Shown: positions 9,039 through 18,387 of the stretch, in pieces
Numbering within the stretch: position 1 is the first letter of the stretch
Layout: each line of letters opens with the position of its first letter
DNA from: an uncultured Gammaproteobacteria bacterium
GTDB lineage: Bacteria > Patescibacteriota > Patescibacteriia > Magasanikbacterales > GWA2-37-8
Length of the DNA stretch: 64,000 bases
Direction: 5' to 3'
NCBI GenBank assembly: GCA_964510885.1
Contig: CAZEDL010000004.1
Span: 3,182 to 67,181 of the forward strand
Program-made: the position numbers and the translations under genes
Notes under the pieces: model-generated
Told to the model about the DNA's origin: nothing
The model's input: the letters and a program-made list of their open reading frames with translations, nothing else
Databases searched by the model: none

Positions 9039-9068
9039 AAAACGTCTCGCTACGGCGGGACGTTTTTT
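9036..9068. terminator. bidirectional intrinsic terminator hairpin
   Basis: AAAAACGTCTCGC-TACG-GCGGGACGTTTTT lies between convergent genes. Confidence 0.6.
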
Positions 9069-9089
9069 AGAAACATTATACCACTTTAA

Positions 9090-9536
9090 TTAAGGCAGAA
9101 CCTTAAACTGAAAACCAGGCAACAACGAACTCGGGCCCGTGGGTTTTGTCACATAGTTGCTGTACACAAGCCCATTGAAAACAAATACCGTTATACCATA
9201 AGACATCAGTACAATGGCGAGGCCGATAATAGAATTACGGATGATCATTTTGGCCTTGATGATCGGTTCTTCTTCGCCAGCCGACGTGACCCATAAATAT
9301 CCAGCATACACTATTAAAGCCAAAAATACCGTCCCCAGCATCCCAAGCGCCGCCACAATTATTTTGGCAGCCACGAGTCGCGGATCAGAATTGCCAAGAC
9401 CGCTCGGAGCGCCAGCTGCGCCAAGCTGAGCATTAATATCGGAGCTAAGGCTGGTTTGAGAATGAACCACAGTTAGTGGGGCGCCAGCCAAAAGAATCGC
9501 TATACCCATCACTACCGCAAAAAGGTGTCTTTTCAT
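9090..9536 (-). CDS. TrbC/VirB2-like pilin-family membrane protein, paralog 2
   Basis: Signal peptide, then LALIVYAGYLWVTSAGEEEPIIKAKMIIRNSIIGLAIVLMSYGI. Confidence 0.6.
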   Translation of the reverse strand: MKRHLFAVVMGIAILLAGAPLTVVHSQTSLSSDINAQLGAAGAPSGLGNSDPRLVAAKIIVAALGMLGTVFLALIVYAGYLWVTSAGEEEPIIKAKMIIRNSIIGLAIVLMSYGITVFVFNGLVYSNYVTKPTGPSSLLPGFQFKVLP

Positions 9537-9562
9537 AAAAAAATAATTATGGCGCTGGCACG

Positions 9563-10114
9563 TCAAATATCTTTCAAACACACATCAGAAGGATTCGCGC
9601 AGGATCCCGGAACCAACGGCTTCTCTTTCGATGGTTCTGTGCCAGCCGCATAACATCTCCCTCCATTATTCTCGCAGCTCACTACCGGGGCATTGTTGCT
9701 AGCCGATCCTCCCACCTGATTAGCTCCGGTAGCAGACGTAATGCGATCAACCACAAAAATAGTAATGGCGTACGCTGCCATGGTGATAGCCAGCCCTATC
9801 AGAGCGGATCGAATAATATTCTTACCAGCATCAATTTCTCCTTCATCACCGCGAGAATTCATCCAACGGATACCTCCATACACGGTGAGAGCCAAAAATA
9901 AGGTACCTGACAAAGATAGTAAGGCTCGGATAATTTTACCAATCGTGGTCGACAAAGCCGTTTCACCGTTCGTGGTATCGTACCCAGCTCCAGCGCCAAT
10001 CTTTTGTGCAAGCCCTCCTGCTTCAAACCCAATATTTGGGGCTGCTGAGGCAAAATTTATCGAACCGGTCAACAGGCAAAGTATAGCAACGAAAGAATAA
10101 ATAAATTTTTTCAT
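9563..10114 (-). CDS. TrbC/VirB2-like pilin-family protein, paralog 3, with Cys-rich C-terminal extension
   Basis: Core LALTVYGGIRWMNSRGDEGEIDAGKNIIRSALIGLAITMAAYAI. C-terminal tail SCENNGGRCYAAGTEPSKEKPLVPGSCANPSDVC has 4 Cys. Confidence 0.6.
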   Translation of the reverse strand: MKKFIYSFVAILCLLTGSINFASAAPNIGFEAGGLAQKIGAGAGYDTTNGETALSTTIGKIIRALLSLSGTLFLALTVYGGIRWMNSRGDEGEIDAGKNIIRSALIGLAITMAAYAITIFVVDRITSATGANQVGGSASNNAPVVSCENNGGRCYAAGTEPSKEKPLVPGSCANPSDVCLKDI

Positions 10115-10124
10115 ATAATTTTAG

Positions 10125-10646
10125 TTATCTAACCGGCCCAGCACAGCATACAGTCGCCCCATCTGAGCGATCGGTACAGGAGCCGAGCGATATGGTTGAA
10201 TCTGAGCAATTTTGCGAACAGACCCCGCTATAATTTTGACATTGGGCTTCAGTTGTAATTGAAGCCTTCTCTGCCTCACCAGATCCTCCTGCGCTAAGTC
10301 GGCTGCCCACAAATGCCGTAATGGCATACGCCGACATTACGATCACGAGCCCAATTATCGCTGCCTTGATAATCTCTTTACCTTTCTCAATCTCACCCTC
10401 GTCACCGCGCGCGAGCATCCAGCGAATGCCACCATAAATAGTAAGCAGTAAAAAAATCGTACCGACCAACGATAATGCGGCAGTTACGATCGTCGCCACG
10501 GCAGGCGTCAATTCGCGCTGGAGCCCTGCCCGGCTACTCGGGCCAACCGCGCTATCAAGCTGATTTAAACCATTCTTGAACTGAGCCTGGGCAGACACTG
10601 GCACCAAAAGCATGATTGACAGCATTGCCCAAAAATATTTCTTCAT
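10125..10646 (-). CDS. TrbC/VirB2-like pilin-family protein, paralog 4, with Cys-rich C-terminal extension
   Basis: Core LLLTIYGGIRWMLARGDEGEIEKGKEIIKAAIIGLVIVMSAYAI. Tail QCQNYSGVCSQNCSDSTISLGSCTDRSDGATVCC has 7 Cys. Confidence 0.6.
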   Translation of the reverse strand: MKKYFWAMLSIMLLVPVSAQAQFKNGLNQLDSAVGPSSRAGLQRELTPAVATIVTAALSLVGTIFLLLTIYGGIRWMLARGDEGEIEKGKEIIKAAIIGLVIVMSAYAITAFVGSRLSAGGSGEAEKASITTEAQCQNYSGVCSQNCSDSTISLGSCTDRSDGATVCCAGPVR

Positions 10647-10668
10647 AGCCCTTTATTATTTGTCGTAA

Positions 10669-11100
10669 TTAAATACTAATCGTTTCAGGACCTGTAGGTT
10701 GAGTCACGGTATCGGTAGTAGTTGCCCCTAACCTATCAAACACAAACCGCGAAATCGCGTACGACGCCATCACTATCACAAGCCCAATCAAGGCAGCCTC
10801 CATGATATCTTTGGCTTTAGTGACAGCATCTGAATTGCCGCGAGCGAGCATCCAAGTGATCCCGGCATAAAAAATCAGAATAAAAAAGATTATTGCAAGC
10901 AGGCTTAAGAGTGCGGCCACTACTTTACCAATCAGCTGTGGCACATTGCCGGCCCCAGCTAACGTTTTTGGCACTAAACCACCCGTGGCTTTTTGAGTAT
11001 CGCCGAGGCCATATTTATCGCCATTGTCTGCCTGCACCATCGCCACCGAGACAAAGAGGGTAGCAAATAAAAATACCCCTGCCAAAAATATGCGTTGCAT
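10669..11100 (-). CDS. TrbC/VirB2-like pilin-family protein, paralog 5
   Basis: Signal peptide, then ILIFYAGITWMLARGNSDAVTKAKDIMEAALIGLVIVMASYAI. Confidence 0.6.
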   Translation of the reverse strand: MQRIFLAGVFLFATLFVSVAMVQADNGDKYGLGDTQKATGGLVPKTLAGAGNVPQLIGKVVAALLSLLAIIFFILIFYAGITWMLARGNSDAVTKAKDIMEAALIGLVIVMASYAISRFVFDRLGATTTDTVTQPTGPETISI

Positions 11101-11233
11101 AAGTCTTAATCACTAAAAAACTAGTAGGCAACTAATTATTGAAAGAGAGAAATAGTTAAAATAATTATTTTTCTCTACCAACAAAAGTACCGCGAAGGGG
11201 AGAGTTGAAACTCTCCCCCACGATACGTATACA

Positions 11234-11668
11234 CTAGACAGGTTGAGTCGTAGCGCTTACCAAGCTGCTTACCACAAAGTTGGCAATAGCGTATGCTGAC
11301 AAAATAATCGCCAAACCAATGATACCGCTGAAAATCATTTTCTTAGCTTCACCAACTTTATCATCATTTCCACCCGCGGTCATCCAGGTAAAACCACCAA
11401 TCAAAATGATTACAACTGCGACGATACCAAGGAGACCCATGAGCACCTTGATAATGCGAGCAATAGTGATACGGATGTCAGTACTGGTGAGGCCGGTGTT
11501 GGCTCCGTATTGGATACCCAAGTCACTTTCGTTAATTGGCTTTACTGGGCCGCTGATGCCTGGCACCTGGTCGCCACCCTGGGCGAACGTCGCCACTGGC
11601 ACCGCCATACTGCCGATCATCATAGCTCCCATCGCGAAGCTGACTAAGAACTGTTTGAATCGTGTCAT
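11234..11668 (-). CDS. TrbC/VirB2-like pilin-family protein, paralog 6
   Basis: Start placed at MTRFKQ, preceded by RBS GGAGGTGAAGAT. Core ILIGGFTWMTAGGNDDKVGEAKKMIFSGIIGLAIILSAYAI. Confidence 0.6.
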   Translation of the reverse strand: MTRFKQFLVSFAMGAMMIGSMAVPVATFAQGGDQVPGISGPVKPINESDLGIQYGANTGLTSTDIRITIARIIKVLMGLLGIVAVVIILIGGFTWMTAGGNDDKVGEAKKMIFSGIIGLAIILSAYAIANFVVSSLVSATTQPV

Positions 11669-11765
11669 ATCTTCACCTCCTTCCCAGTAGAAACAAATTG
11701 TTTCATATGTGATGTTACAAAATAAACTGATCTGACCCCAGTATAACATACTGGCGCGAAACTTG

Positions 11766-12206
11766 TCACGAACCTTTGCTGAGAAAAACCAAATACTGAT
11801 CGAGCAAGAAATAACTAGCCAAAACTAGACCTAAGCCAATGGCTGCCCAGAGCATAGTCATAGCACCGCTGTGGACACGGTCGGGATTACCAAACGACAA
11901 TAACCACGAAGCCCCCCCTTTAATAAATACGATAAGGGCCACCGACCCAACAATTCCGAGCGCACCCTTTATGACGATGCCGAGGATAGTAGTCACTTCA
12001 ACCGGTCTCGCCCCATTTGCGCCTGGCGCCAATGGATTTTCTAAACATTGACGGTCTTTAGGGCAATCCTTATTTGCACCTGGTGTCTCGTCGCTAGTTT
12101 GAGCAAACACCGGGGCGGCCAACAAACCAACAGCAAGTGTTGCTAACAGCACCAAGAGCATCCATCGTCTAGAAAACTGCTGTGCCAGAGAAATCATATT
12201 AAACAA
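11766..12206 (-). CDS. TrbC/VirB2-like pilin-family protein, paralog 7
   Basis: The N-terminal region carries CPKDRQC. Core FIKGGASWLLSFGNPDRVHSGAMTMLWAAIGLGLVLASYFL. Confidence 0.55.
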   Translation of the reverse strand: MFNMISLAQQFSRRWMLLVLLATLAVGLLAAPVFAQTSDETPGANKDCPKDRQCLENPLAPGANGARPVEVTTILGIVIKGALGIVGSVALIVFIKGGASWLLSFGNPDRVHSGAMTMLWAAIGLGLVLASYFLLDQYLVFLSKGS

Positions 12207-12222
12207 CTGATAAAGATAAAAA

Positions 12223-13305
12223 TTATGACGCGCCGGTCAGCAATTGAAACACAAATCCAACTAGTACATAGCTCGCTAAAATAGCCACCACCCCAAGACT
12301 CGTCCATACCACCATTCTCTGGGCCTGCTCCACGCGCTCAGAATTTCCAGCCGCAGTCATCCAGAGCACACCGGCAACAATATATAATACCAGCGTAACA
12401 CCTCCGAGAATGGCCAGCGGCACCGAAATCAACCACCCAATCAAAGCCGCCCCTAGTTTCGAAGAATTACTATACGAATTAAACCGGCTCATCTGATTAA
12501 GCTCGGCCACTTGGTCCTGAATATCTTTCAGTGAACCGGGAGCATCTTCATCCTCACCCTCTGCCGCAGTTTTTTCCGGCGCCGGGAGCTTGCTAAAATC
12601 CATCAATGCGTCACAATCACTAATTATTTTGCCGCCTTCTTCACGGTCTTTCACGTCATACGCCTTGAGCCCTTCGCCGCAAATGCGCAGAGCTGGATCT
12701 TTTTGATTACCATTAAAGCCTTTAACAAATTCCGAATTATAGCGGCGGCGCCAATCTACATGGCGTTCGCAATCAGAGGGTACACCATTAGGTTTATCCG
12801 ATGGTTTACAGCAGCAAAACGGCGGATTATTAGCTACAGCCGGCTTCATCGTGTACTTACTTTTCATCTCTTCAAGCAAATCATCTTCTTGTTTTTGCAC
12901 GACCCCTTCATATTTTTCTTTGGCAATTTTTTTGGATTCGACCGTACAGGTTTTCCCATCATAATTCAGAACCATTTTACCCCCCAAATAAAATAACCGA
13001 TTTGGATATTCATCAAAACGATAAAAACCTGCCCACGAGAACAGCGGGATATCGAACTTTTTTTTATAAACGTCAATTTTATACGTTTTGTTAACTTTAA
13101 AAAAACCCGGATTAATGCCGACCATTACTGTACAAACACCAAGACACTCCAGCGACTCAGGATCATTGCAGGCATCACCCATGCCAACCAACTCAGGGGC
13201 ATACAATTCTTCAAACTGCGCCGCTGAAGCCGCGACAGGAAGCAGCTGAATAGTAGCCGCAATAAGCATCAAAGCAATAGCGTGCCAGTTAAAAAATCTT
13301 CGCAT
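12223..13305 (-). CDS. Cys-rich extracytoplasmic domain fused to C-terminal TrbC/VirB2-like pilin module, paralog 8
   Basis: N-terminal domain of about 270 aa with roughly 12 Cys (CNDPESLECLGVC, PPFCCCKPSDKPNGVPSDCERH). C-terminal LVLYIVAGVLWMTAAGNSERVEQAQRMVVWTSLGVVAILASYVL. Confidence 0.55.
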   Translation of the reverse strand: MRRFFNWHAIALMLIAATIQLLPVAASAAQFEELYAPELVGMGDACNDPESLECLGVCTVMVGINPGFFKVNKTYKIDVYKKKFDIPLFSWAGFYRFDEYPNRLFYLGGKMVLNYDGKTCTVESKKIAKEKYEGVVQKQEDDLLEEMKSKYTMKPAVANNPPFCCCKPSDKPNGVPSDCERHVDWRRRYNSEFVKGFNGNQKDPALRICGEGLKAYDVKDREEGGKIISDCDALMDFSKLPAPEKTAAEGEDEDAPGSLKDIQDQVAELNQMSRFNSYSNSSKLGAALIGWLISVPLAILGGVTLVLYIVAGVLWMTAAGNSERVEQAQRMVVWTSLGVVAILASYVLVGFVFQLLTGAS

Positions 13306-13324
13306 AACACTAAATAAAAGCCAT

Positions 13325-14035
13325 TTATTTAAGGATAAACTCAGGATCAACACCAACAGCCGAGGCCAAAAACTTAATCAAAATATAACCACCAAACGCA
13401 ATCAATAGCCCAATCACCACCGCTACCAAAATATCTTTGGCCTGGGAAATTTTTTCTTCATTGCCTTGGGATAAAATCAATATAAAACCACCATACACAA
13501 ACATCACGAGCGATACTCCACCAATAATAGAAAATAAATACTGCGTAATTTTAATAGCCAGCGTAATAAAAATATTAACACTGCGACACTGGTCAGTTAA
13601 CTCATTTTGTAAAGCACAATCCGGAATTAATCGGCTGCGGATAATTGTCGATGGCTGACTAGCGCCCCCCTCAGCACCCTCGGTAGTGCCAAGCAACTCT
13701 TTAAGACGAGTGGTTTTTTCCTGCTCCCAACCTTTCAGCGCTGCCTGACAAATATCATCGGTCTGTGCATAGTTACAATCAAAAAATCGCTTACTAGTGG
13801 CGGTGTTGGAATTTTTTTCCTTCGTACAGTCGCTCTGAGCGGCCACCGTCGAACACTGAGCAATAAACTGAGCCTGGTCTTTCACCGTTTCAGCCGTCAA
13901 TTTAGTCAAATTTTCAAAACAAAAACAGCTGCCAGCTGCTACTGCCGCTGGAGCTGGGAAAAACAAACCACCGCAGCCAGCAGCAAATAATAATCCGAAT
14001 ATAAAGAGGCGAATCTGTGAAGCCATAGTCTTCAT
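13325..14035 (-). CDS. Cys-rich N-terminal domain fused to C-terminal TrbC/VirB2-like pilin module, paralog 9
   Basis: Signal peptide, then about 10 Cys (SCFCFENL, QCSTVAAQSDCTKEK, DCNYAQTDDICQ, DCALQNELTDQC). C-terminal LVMFVYGGFILILSQGNEEKISQAKDILVAVVIGLLIAFGGYIL. Confidence 0.55.
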   Translation of the reverse strand: MKTMASQIRLFIFGLLFAAGCGGLFFPAPAAVAAGSCFCFENLTKLTAETVKDQAQFIAQCSTVAAQSDCTKEKNSNTATSKRFFDCNYAQTDDICQAALKGWEQEKTTRLKELLGTTEGAEGGASQPSTIIRSRLIPDCALQNELTDQCRSVNIFITLAIKITQYLFSIIGGVSLVMFVYGGFILILSQGNEEKISQAKDILVAVVIGLLIAFGGYILIKFLASAVGVDPEFILK

Positions 14036-15435
14036 AAGGTTTGCTGAATTTTAGCGGCCGCCCGATTTAAAATATCTTGACGCCACTCAAGTAGTCGATT
14101 GGGATCAGGTGGCGCTTGCAGCCATTCATGAATCATATCACGAATAGCCCGGCTAGCGGAATCATAATTTTGCCCGCGGTACCAATTATCAGCGATCAAA
14201 AGCTGACCGACAAATGGCGCCAAATCTGGATCTTCAGATTGTTTTTTAATATTAGACCTGAGTGCCGTCGGGCGCTTTGTTTCAGTGAGATAGGTTTCAG
14301 TCGCGCTCGAATGAGTCAAATAATTAATGAATGCCCACGCCGCCGACTGTTTTGTCGATTTAAGCGTCACCGCATCTACATAATAGTTGGCCACATTCAC
14401 CGGGCGGGCCGGATCGAGCTGTAACAAGGGCAAAACCCCTACATTTAATTGTGGGGCGCGCGCCCTGATGACCGGCAAATGATAGCTGTACCCAAAGAAA
14501 AAAGCCGCCGACCCGCTCGTAAACGCATCAAGAGCAGGGCCCATTGACTCATTCCACGTATAGGTGTCACGGGTCGGATTGGCAAAATCAGTATAAAAAT
14601 TCATTACCGTCATAGCCGGAGTTTCTTCACCATTCCGGTTGGCAGTAAGATTAAAAATTGGCTGATTGCCAGTTTTCGATATAAAGCTAACACCGCTCTG
14701 TTCGAACAACAAGTAAATCAAATCGTCGCTTGCGGTAATGTTATTTCCGGTGCCAAAAGCCGCTCCGGCCTGGGTGATTTTGTTGGCGTCTTTGTCGTAC
14801 TTAGAGATTTTTTTTACCGCCGCCTGGAATTCTTCCCATGTTTTTGGTGGCTCCGCCACTCCCGCCCGATCCAGCAAATCCTTATTATAATACAAAGCCA
14901 TGGTATCAAGAGATAGTGGCAGGCCGTACACTTTTCCATCCATCACCACATCTTTCTTAACTGTCTGCACATATTCCCGGTCAACCTGGAGGGCATTAGG
15001 CAGCGGCCGGGCTACAGTCGTAATCGTAGTTTTAGATCCAATCGTTCCTTCGGTAGTCACCATCGTCGTATCCGGAACGCTCTCTGGCATCGGGGCCAGC
15101 TTCGTTTTAAGTGCACGCATGCTGCGGTTAGACACCGACACAATATCCGGCCCACGATCTTCGGCCAACGCCTCTAAGAGGCGTGGATAAAACTCATCCG
15201 CGCGCAATTGGCGCAAATTGACGGTTATATACGGGCGGTTAGACCGGTAAGTAGCGATCATCTTCTGCAAGGCATCGACATCATCAAATACGGTCCAATA
15301 CTCAAGCGTTATCGGTTTGGTGGCCGCTTGTTCAGTCCCAGACAGGCCTTTACAGCCAAAACCTGTCAACAATAAACAAAAAAATATCGAGCCAAATAAA
15401 ATACGCGCGCGACTAAGCTGCTTTTTCGATACCAT
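14032..15435 (-). CDS. ABC transporter extracellular solute-binding lipoprotein (family 1, sugar-type)
   Basis: Lipobox LLTGFGC. The 467-aa product has periplasmic-binding-fold length and composition. No permease gene is adjacent. Confidence 0.6.
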   Translation of the reverse strand: MVSKKQLSRARILFGSIFFCLLLTGFGCKGLSGTEQAATKPITLEYWTVFDDVDALQKMIATYRSNRPYITVNLRQLRADEFYPRLLEALAEDRGPDIVSVSNRSMRALKTKLAPMPESVPDTTMVTTEGTIGSKTTITTVARPLPNALQVDREYVQTVKKDVVMDGKVYGLPLSLDTMALYYNKDLLDRAGVAEPPKTWEEFQAAVKKISKYDKDANKITQAGAAFGTGNNITASDDLIYLLFEQSGVSFISKTGNQPIFNLTANRNGEETPAMTVMNFYTDFANPTRDTYTWNESMGPALDAFTSGSAAFFFGYSYHLPVIRARAPQLNVGVLPLLQLDPARPVNVANYYVDAVTLKSTKQSAAWAFINYLTHSSATETYLTETKRPTALRSNIKKQSEDPDLAPFVGQLLIADNWYRGQNYDSASRAIRDMIHEWLQAPPDPNRLLEWRQDILNRAAAKIQQTL

Positions 15436-15457
15436 AGGTTTAAATGTCTAAACCCAA

Positions 15458-15528
15458 ATAACGAATGCCGAACAAAATTCCTAAATCTAAATTATCAAAA
15501 GGTCATTCGGAATTCGGATTTCGTCATT
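15458..15528. repeat. GTCATTCGGAATTCGGATTTCGTCATT repeat unit flanking galU (left copy)
   Basis: Shares acgaatgc...taaatcta...gtcattcgGaattcggatttcgtcatt with the block at 16455-16555. Confidence 0.6.
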
Positions 15529-15532
15529 CAAA

Positions 15533-16396
15533 TTATACCACACTCTTCAAATACTTCCTAAACTCGTCCTTCAAAGCCGGATCTTTAAGCGCAAAGTCAA
15601 CATTGGCACGCAGCCAGCCAATTTTAGAACCTGTGTCATAATAAATCGCGTCGTTAACTTCGCACGTATACACCGGGCGACGCTTCATCAGCGATTTTAT
15701 CGCATCTACCAGCCAAATTTCTCCTCCTTTGCCAGGTTTTAGCTTCTCTAAATCACCAAAAATATCCGGGGTCAGGACATAACAACCATGGGTTGCCAAA
15801 TTTGACGGAGCTTCACTTGGTTCGGGCTTCTCGACCAACGAAAAAATTTGGAAAATATTCTTTTCAATCTGTTTCACATCAGCAATCCCATATTTCGACA
15901 CCTCACTTTTCGGTACCCGGATCCCCGAAATCACGGGATCGCCATATTTTTCAAAGACTTCCAAGCATTGTTTGGTGCGTGGCGGATTCGAATAAATAAA
16001 TTCATCGCCCCAAATCACCACAAACGGCTCATCCCCCACCACGTCTTTGGCCGATAACACGGGCGTGCCATTTCCATACGGCCCCTTCTGGCGGATATAA
16101 ATAAAATTGGCCATCTCGGCAATCTCTTGAATCTGCTTACGTTGGCTGTCTTTTCCCTGTTTTTTCAGCCAATTCTCCATTTCGTAATTATAGTCAAAAT
16201 GATCCTCCACGGCCCTTTTACTGGCACCAGTGACCAAAATAATATCGGTGATACCTGATGCCACCAATTCCTCCACCACATACTGTATAATGGGCTTGTC
16301 AACAATCGGCAACATTTCTTTCGGTTGGGCTTTGGTGGCAGGTAAAAACCGCGTCCCAAACCCGGCCACCGGAATAACCGCTTTTCTAATTTTCAT
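15533..16396 (-). CDS. galU: UTP--glucose-1-phosphate uridylyltransferase
   Basis: MKIRKAVIPVAGFGTRFLPATKAQPKEMLPIVDKPIIQYVVEE is the canonical GalU N-terminus. Confidence 0.9.
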   Translation of the reverse strand: MKIRKAVIPVAGFGTRFLPATKAQPKEMLPIVDKPIIQYVVEELVASGITDIILVTGASKRAVEDHFDYNYEMENWLKKQGKDSQRKQIQEIAEMANFIYIRQKGPYGNGTPVLSAKDVVGDEPFVVIWGDEFIYSNPPRTKQCLEVFEKYGDPVISGIRVPKSEVSKYGIADVKQIEKNIFQIFSLVEKPEPSEAPSNLATHGCYVLTPDIFGDLEKLKPGKGGEIWLVDAIKSLMKRRPVYTCEVNDAIYYDTGSKIGWLRANVDFALKDPALKDEFRKYLKSVV

Positions 16397-16454
16397 ACAT
16401 ATTTTCTTTAAAAACAGGTAGCTGGAGTATACCAAATAGGCTTAAAAAGTCTAC

Positions 16455-16555
16455 GATTAATGACGAAATCAGAATTACGAATGCTAAATCTATTATTCAT
16501 GCCGAAACTTTCAGAAAAACAATTCGTCATTCGAAATTCGGATTTCGTCATTTTC
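16455..16555. repeat. inverted pair of GTCATTCG-family repeat units (right flank of galU)
   Basis: 16458-16484 aatgacgaaatcagaattacgaatgc is the inverted partner of 16526-16552 gtcattcgaaattcggatttcgtcatt. Confidence 0.6.
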
Positions 16556-16773
16556 ACCGCACCTCCTCCCAACTGAGTATCGTGTAATCCCCGCCAACCG
16601 GGAATCCCGGCGGGGGGGCACAGGTCAGATTAGCATCATACGTAAGGGTAGTATTTTTATACCCGGAATCGATAAATCCATTAAAGTATACCATAATAGA
16701 GCCAAGACAGACAGAAACAAACTCGACTTTTCAAACAACCTAGTAAATGCTAAAGTGGGGCCAATCATAGCTT

Positions 16774-17811
16774 ATGAACGATACATATAAACGACCTAAC
16801 TGGCTGGCCAGTCAGGAATCACACCCAGGTATATTTCATGCCACTCGAAATTTAGAAGAGTGCCAACACAAATTATCTGATCACGAGATTGTGTTGCCAC
16901 AGATATTCAGCGAACGACTCACCATCATGGAAACCCGCGAGAAACGTCACAGTGAATATGCCTACGAGAGCTTTGACTCCGCCACTCTTATTATTGAAGA
17001 ACTAAGGACTAATCCTGAATTCTTTTCCTCCGCGTTCCCACAACTGACCGAAGCTGAAAAAAATGCTTTTTTAATAGCCAGCTTAGCCAGCGATGTTGGC
17101 AAAACCGGATCTATCGATACATCACCCGAAGACAAAGAAAGGATTACTGAAATTTATAATCTTGATAGCGTACCGCGAGAATATTTGGCCCTGCCCGCAG
17201 CCACCGCTATCGATCGCATAAAAGCCACGGCCGCTGCCGAAAGCGCCAACGGCAAAACTCCCAAAAATAATTTAAGTGGGCAAGCAGCTGACTACCTGCC
17301 TATTTTCTGCCGACCAGCCAAACCAGGCTACGCCCCGCTTGACGCGGATACTATCACCCTCCGACAAGTATTTGATCGTCATATTTACTGGACCCATGAT
17401 TTATTTTCAATCGCCTATGGCGACTCTCATCCGGCCACGGTCAGCGCCTCGGCCCATCATTTTTTAGAAGGCGAAAATCCGACCAGCCTTGATTTATTAC
17501 AGCACAATCCAGCCGATGGTGTGGCCATGATCGCCAAGCTCACTATCCTGCTTGATAAAACCAATGCCCACATGCGCCGTGGTAAAAAAATCCTAAAACG
17601 AGCCTTTGAAGATGCGCTTAAAGAAATAAACACAAAAATTAGCACTATCACCACCGCCAAAGCTGAGGCTGACCCAGCCCATACCGCGGCCTATCGTGAC
17701 CAGGGAGCCCGTCTATACAGCGACTTTAACGCTTTGGCCGAAAAAATATACCCACTCGAAGAAGCTCGGCTACGTGAAGCACCGCGACCGACTCCCGAGG
17801 TTGCCGACTAA
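16774..17811 (+). CDS. hypothetical protein (345 aa)
   Basis: Long ORF with no transmembrane segments. I recognised no domain. Confidence 0.5.
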   Translation: MNDTYKRPNWLASQESHPGIFHATRNLEECQHKLSDHEIVLPQIFSERLTIMETREKRHSEYAYESFDSATLIIEELRTNPEFFSSAFPQLTEAEKNAFLIASLASDVGKTGSIDTSPEDKERITEIYNLDSVPREYLALPAATAIDRIKATAAAESANGKTPKNNLSGQAADYLPIFCRPAKPGYAPLDADTITLRQVFDRHIYWTHDLFSIAYGDSHPATVSASAHHFLEGENPTSLDLLQHNPADGVAMIAKLTILLDKTNAHMRRGKKILKRAFEDALKEINTKISTITTAKAEADPAHTAAYRDQGARLYSDFNALAEKIYPLEEARLREAPRPTPEVAD

Positions 17812-17842
17812 TTCCTTTTATGATACGATCAGGACCACTTTT

Positions 17843-17924
17843 GCCCAGGTGGTGAAATTGGTAGACACTCAGGACTTAAAATCCTGCGGCTTCGGCCATG
17901 CGGGTTCGATTCCCGCCCTGGGCA
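17843..17924 (+). tRNA. tRNA-Leu (anticodon TAA), class II
   Basis: Acceptor GCCCAGG/CCTGGGC, anticodon loop CTTAAAA, long variable arm CGGCTTCGGCCATG. Confidence 0.85.
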
Positions 17925-17925
17925 C

Positions 17926-18342
17926 ATGAAATCCCCTTCTTTTATATTCATTCTCACTTCACTACTCCTCTTTTCCGGTTGCACACAGGCTACTACCCCA
18001 ACGACACCTGCACCTCCGCCTTCAACAGCACCGGCCTCCCCTGACACTGACATCACCAATACCGACCGCCTCAAAGCCGCCGTGTTTGCCTTTGCCAACA
18101 AAAAAACAGCCGGCGATTGGAGCAAAGAATACACAATCACCGCTATACACGAAACAAATCAAGCGGCCCTAGGCACCTGGAAAAAAAATCAACATTATAA
18201 CTGGATCGCCTACAAAAAAACCAATGGCGATTGGCAGGTGCTGCTGGCCTTACCACGCTTTATGTGTTCTGAAACCAAACTAATCCCTTCAGAATTTAAA
18301 AATTTCTTCAAAGATCCGCTCGCTTTGAGCGGTTGTGAGTAA
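17926..18342 (+). CDS. hypothetical lipoprotein
   Basis: Lipobox LLFSGC followed by a Thr/Pro-rich linker. Confidence 0.5.
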   Translation: MKSPSFIFILTSLLLFSGCTQATTPTTPAPPPSTAPASPDTDITNTDRLKAAVFAFANKKTAGDWSKEYTITAIHETNQAALGTWKKNQHYNWIAYKKTNGDWQVLLALPRFMCSETKLIPSEFKNFFKDPLALSGCE

Positions 18343-18387
18343 GCGCTTTCTTCAGGGCAAAAATAACCGACTGAATAATACGAAAAA

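Noticed and set aside
10121-10327. ORF 10121..10327(-) of 68 aa.
   Set aside because: Alternative frame within pilin paralog 4. No independent evidence.
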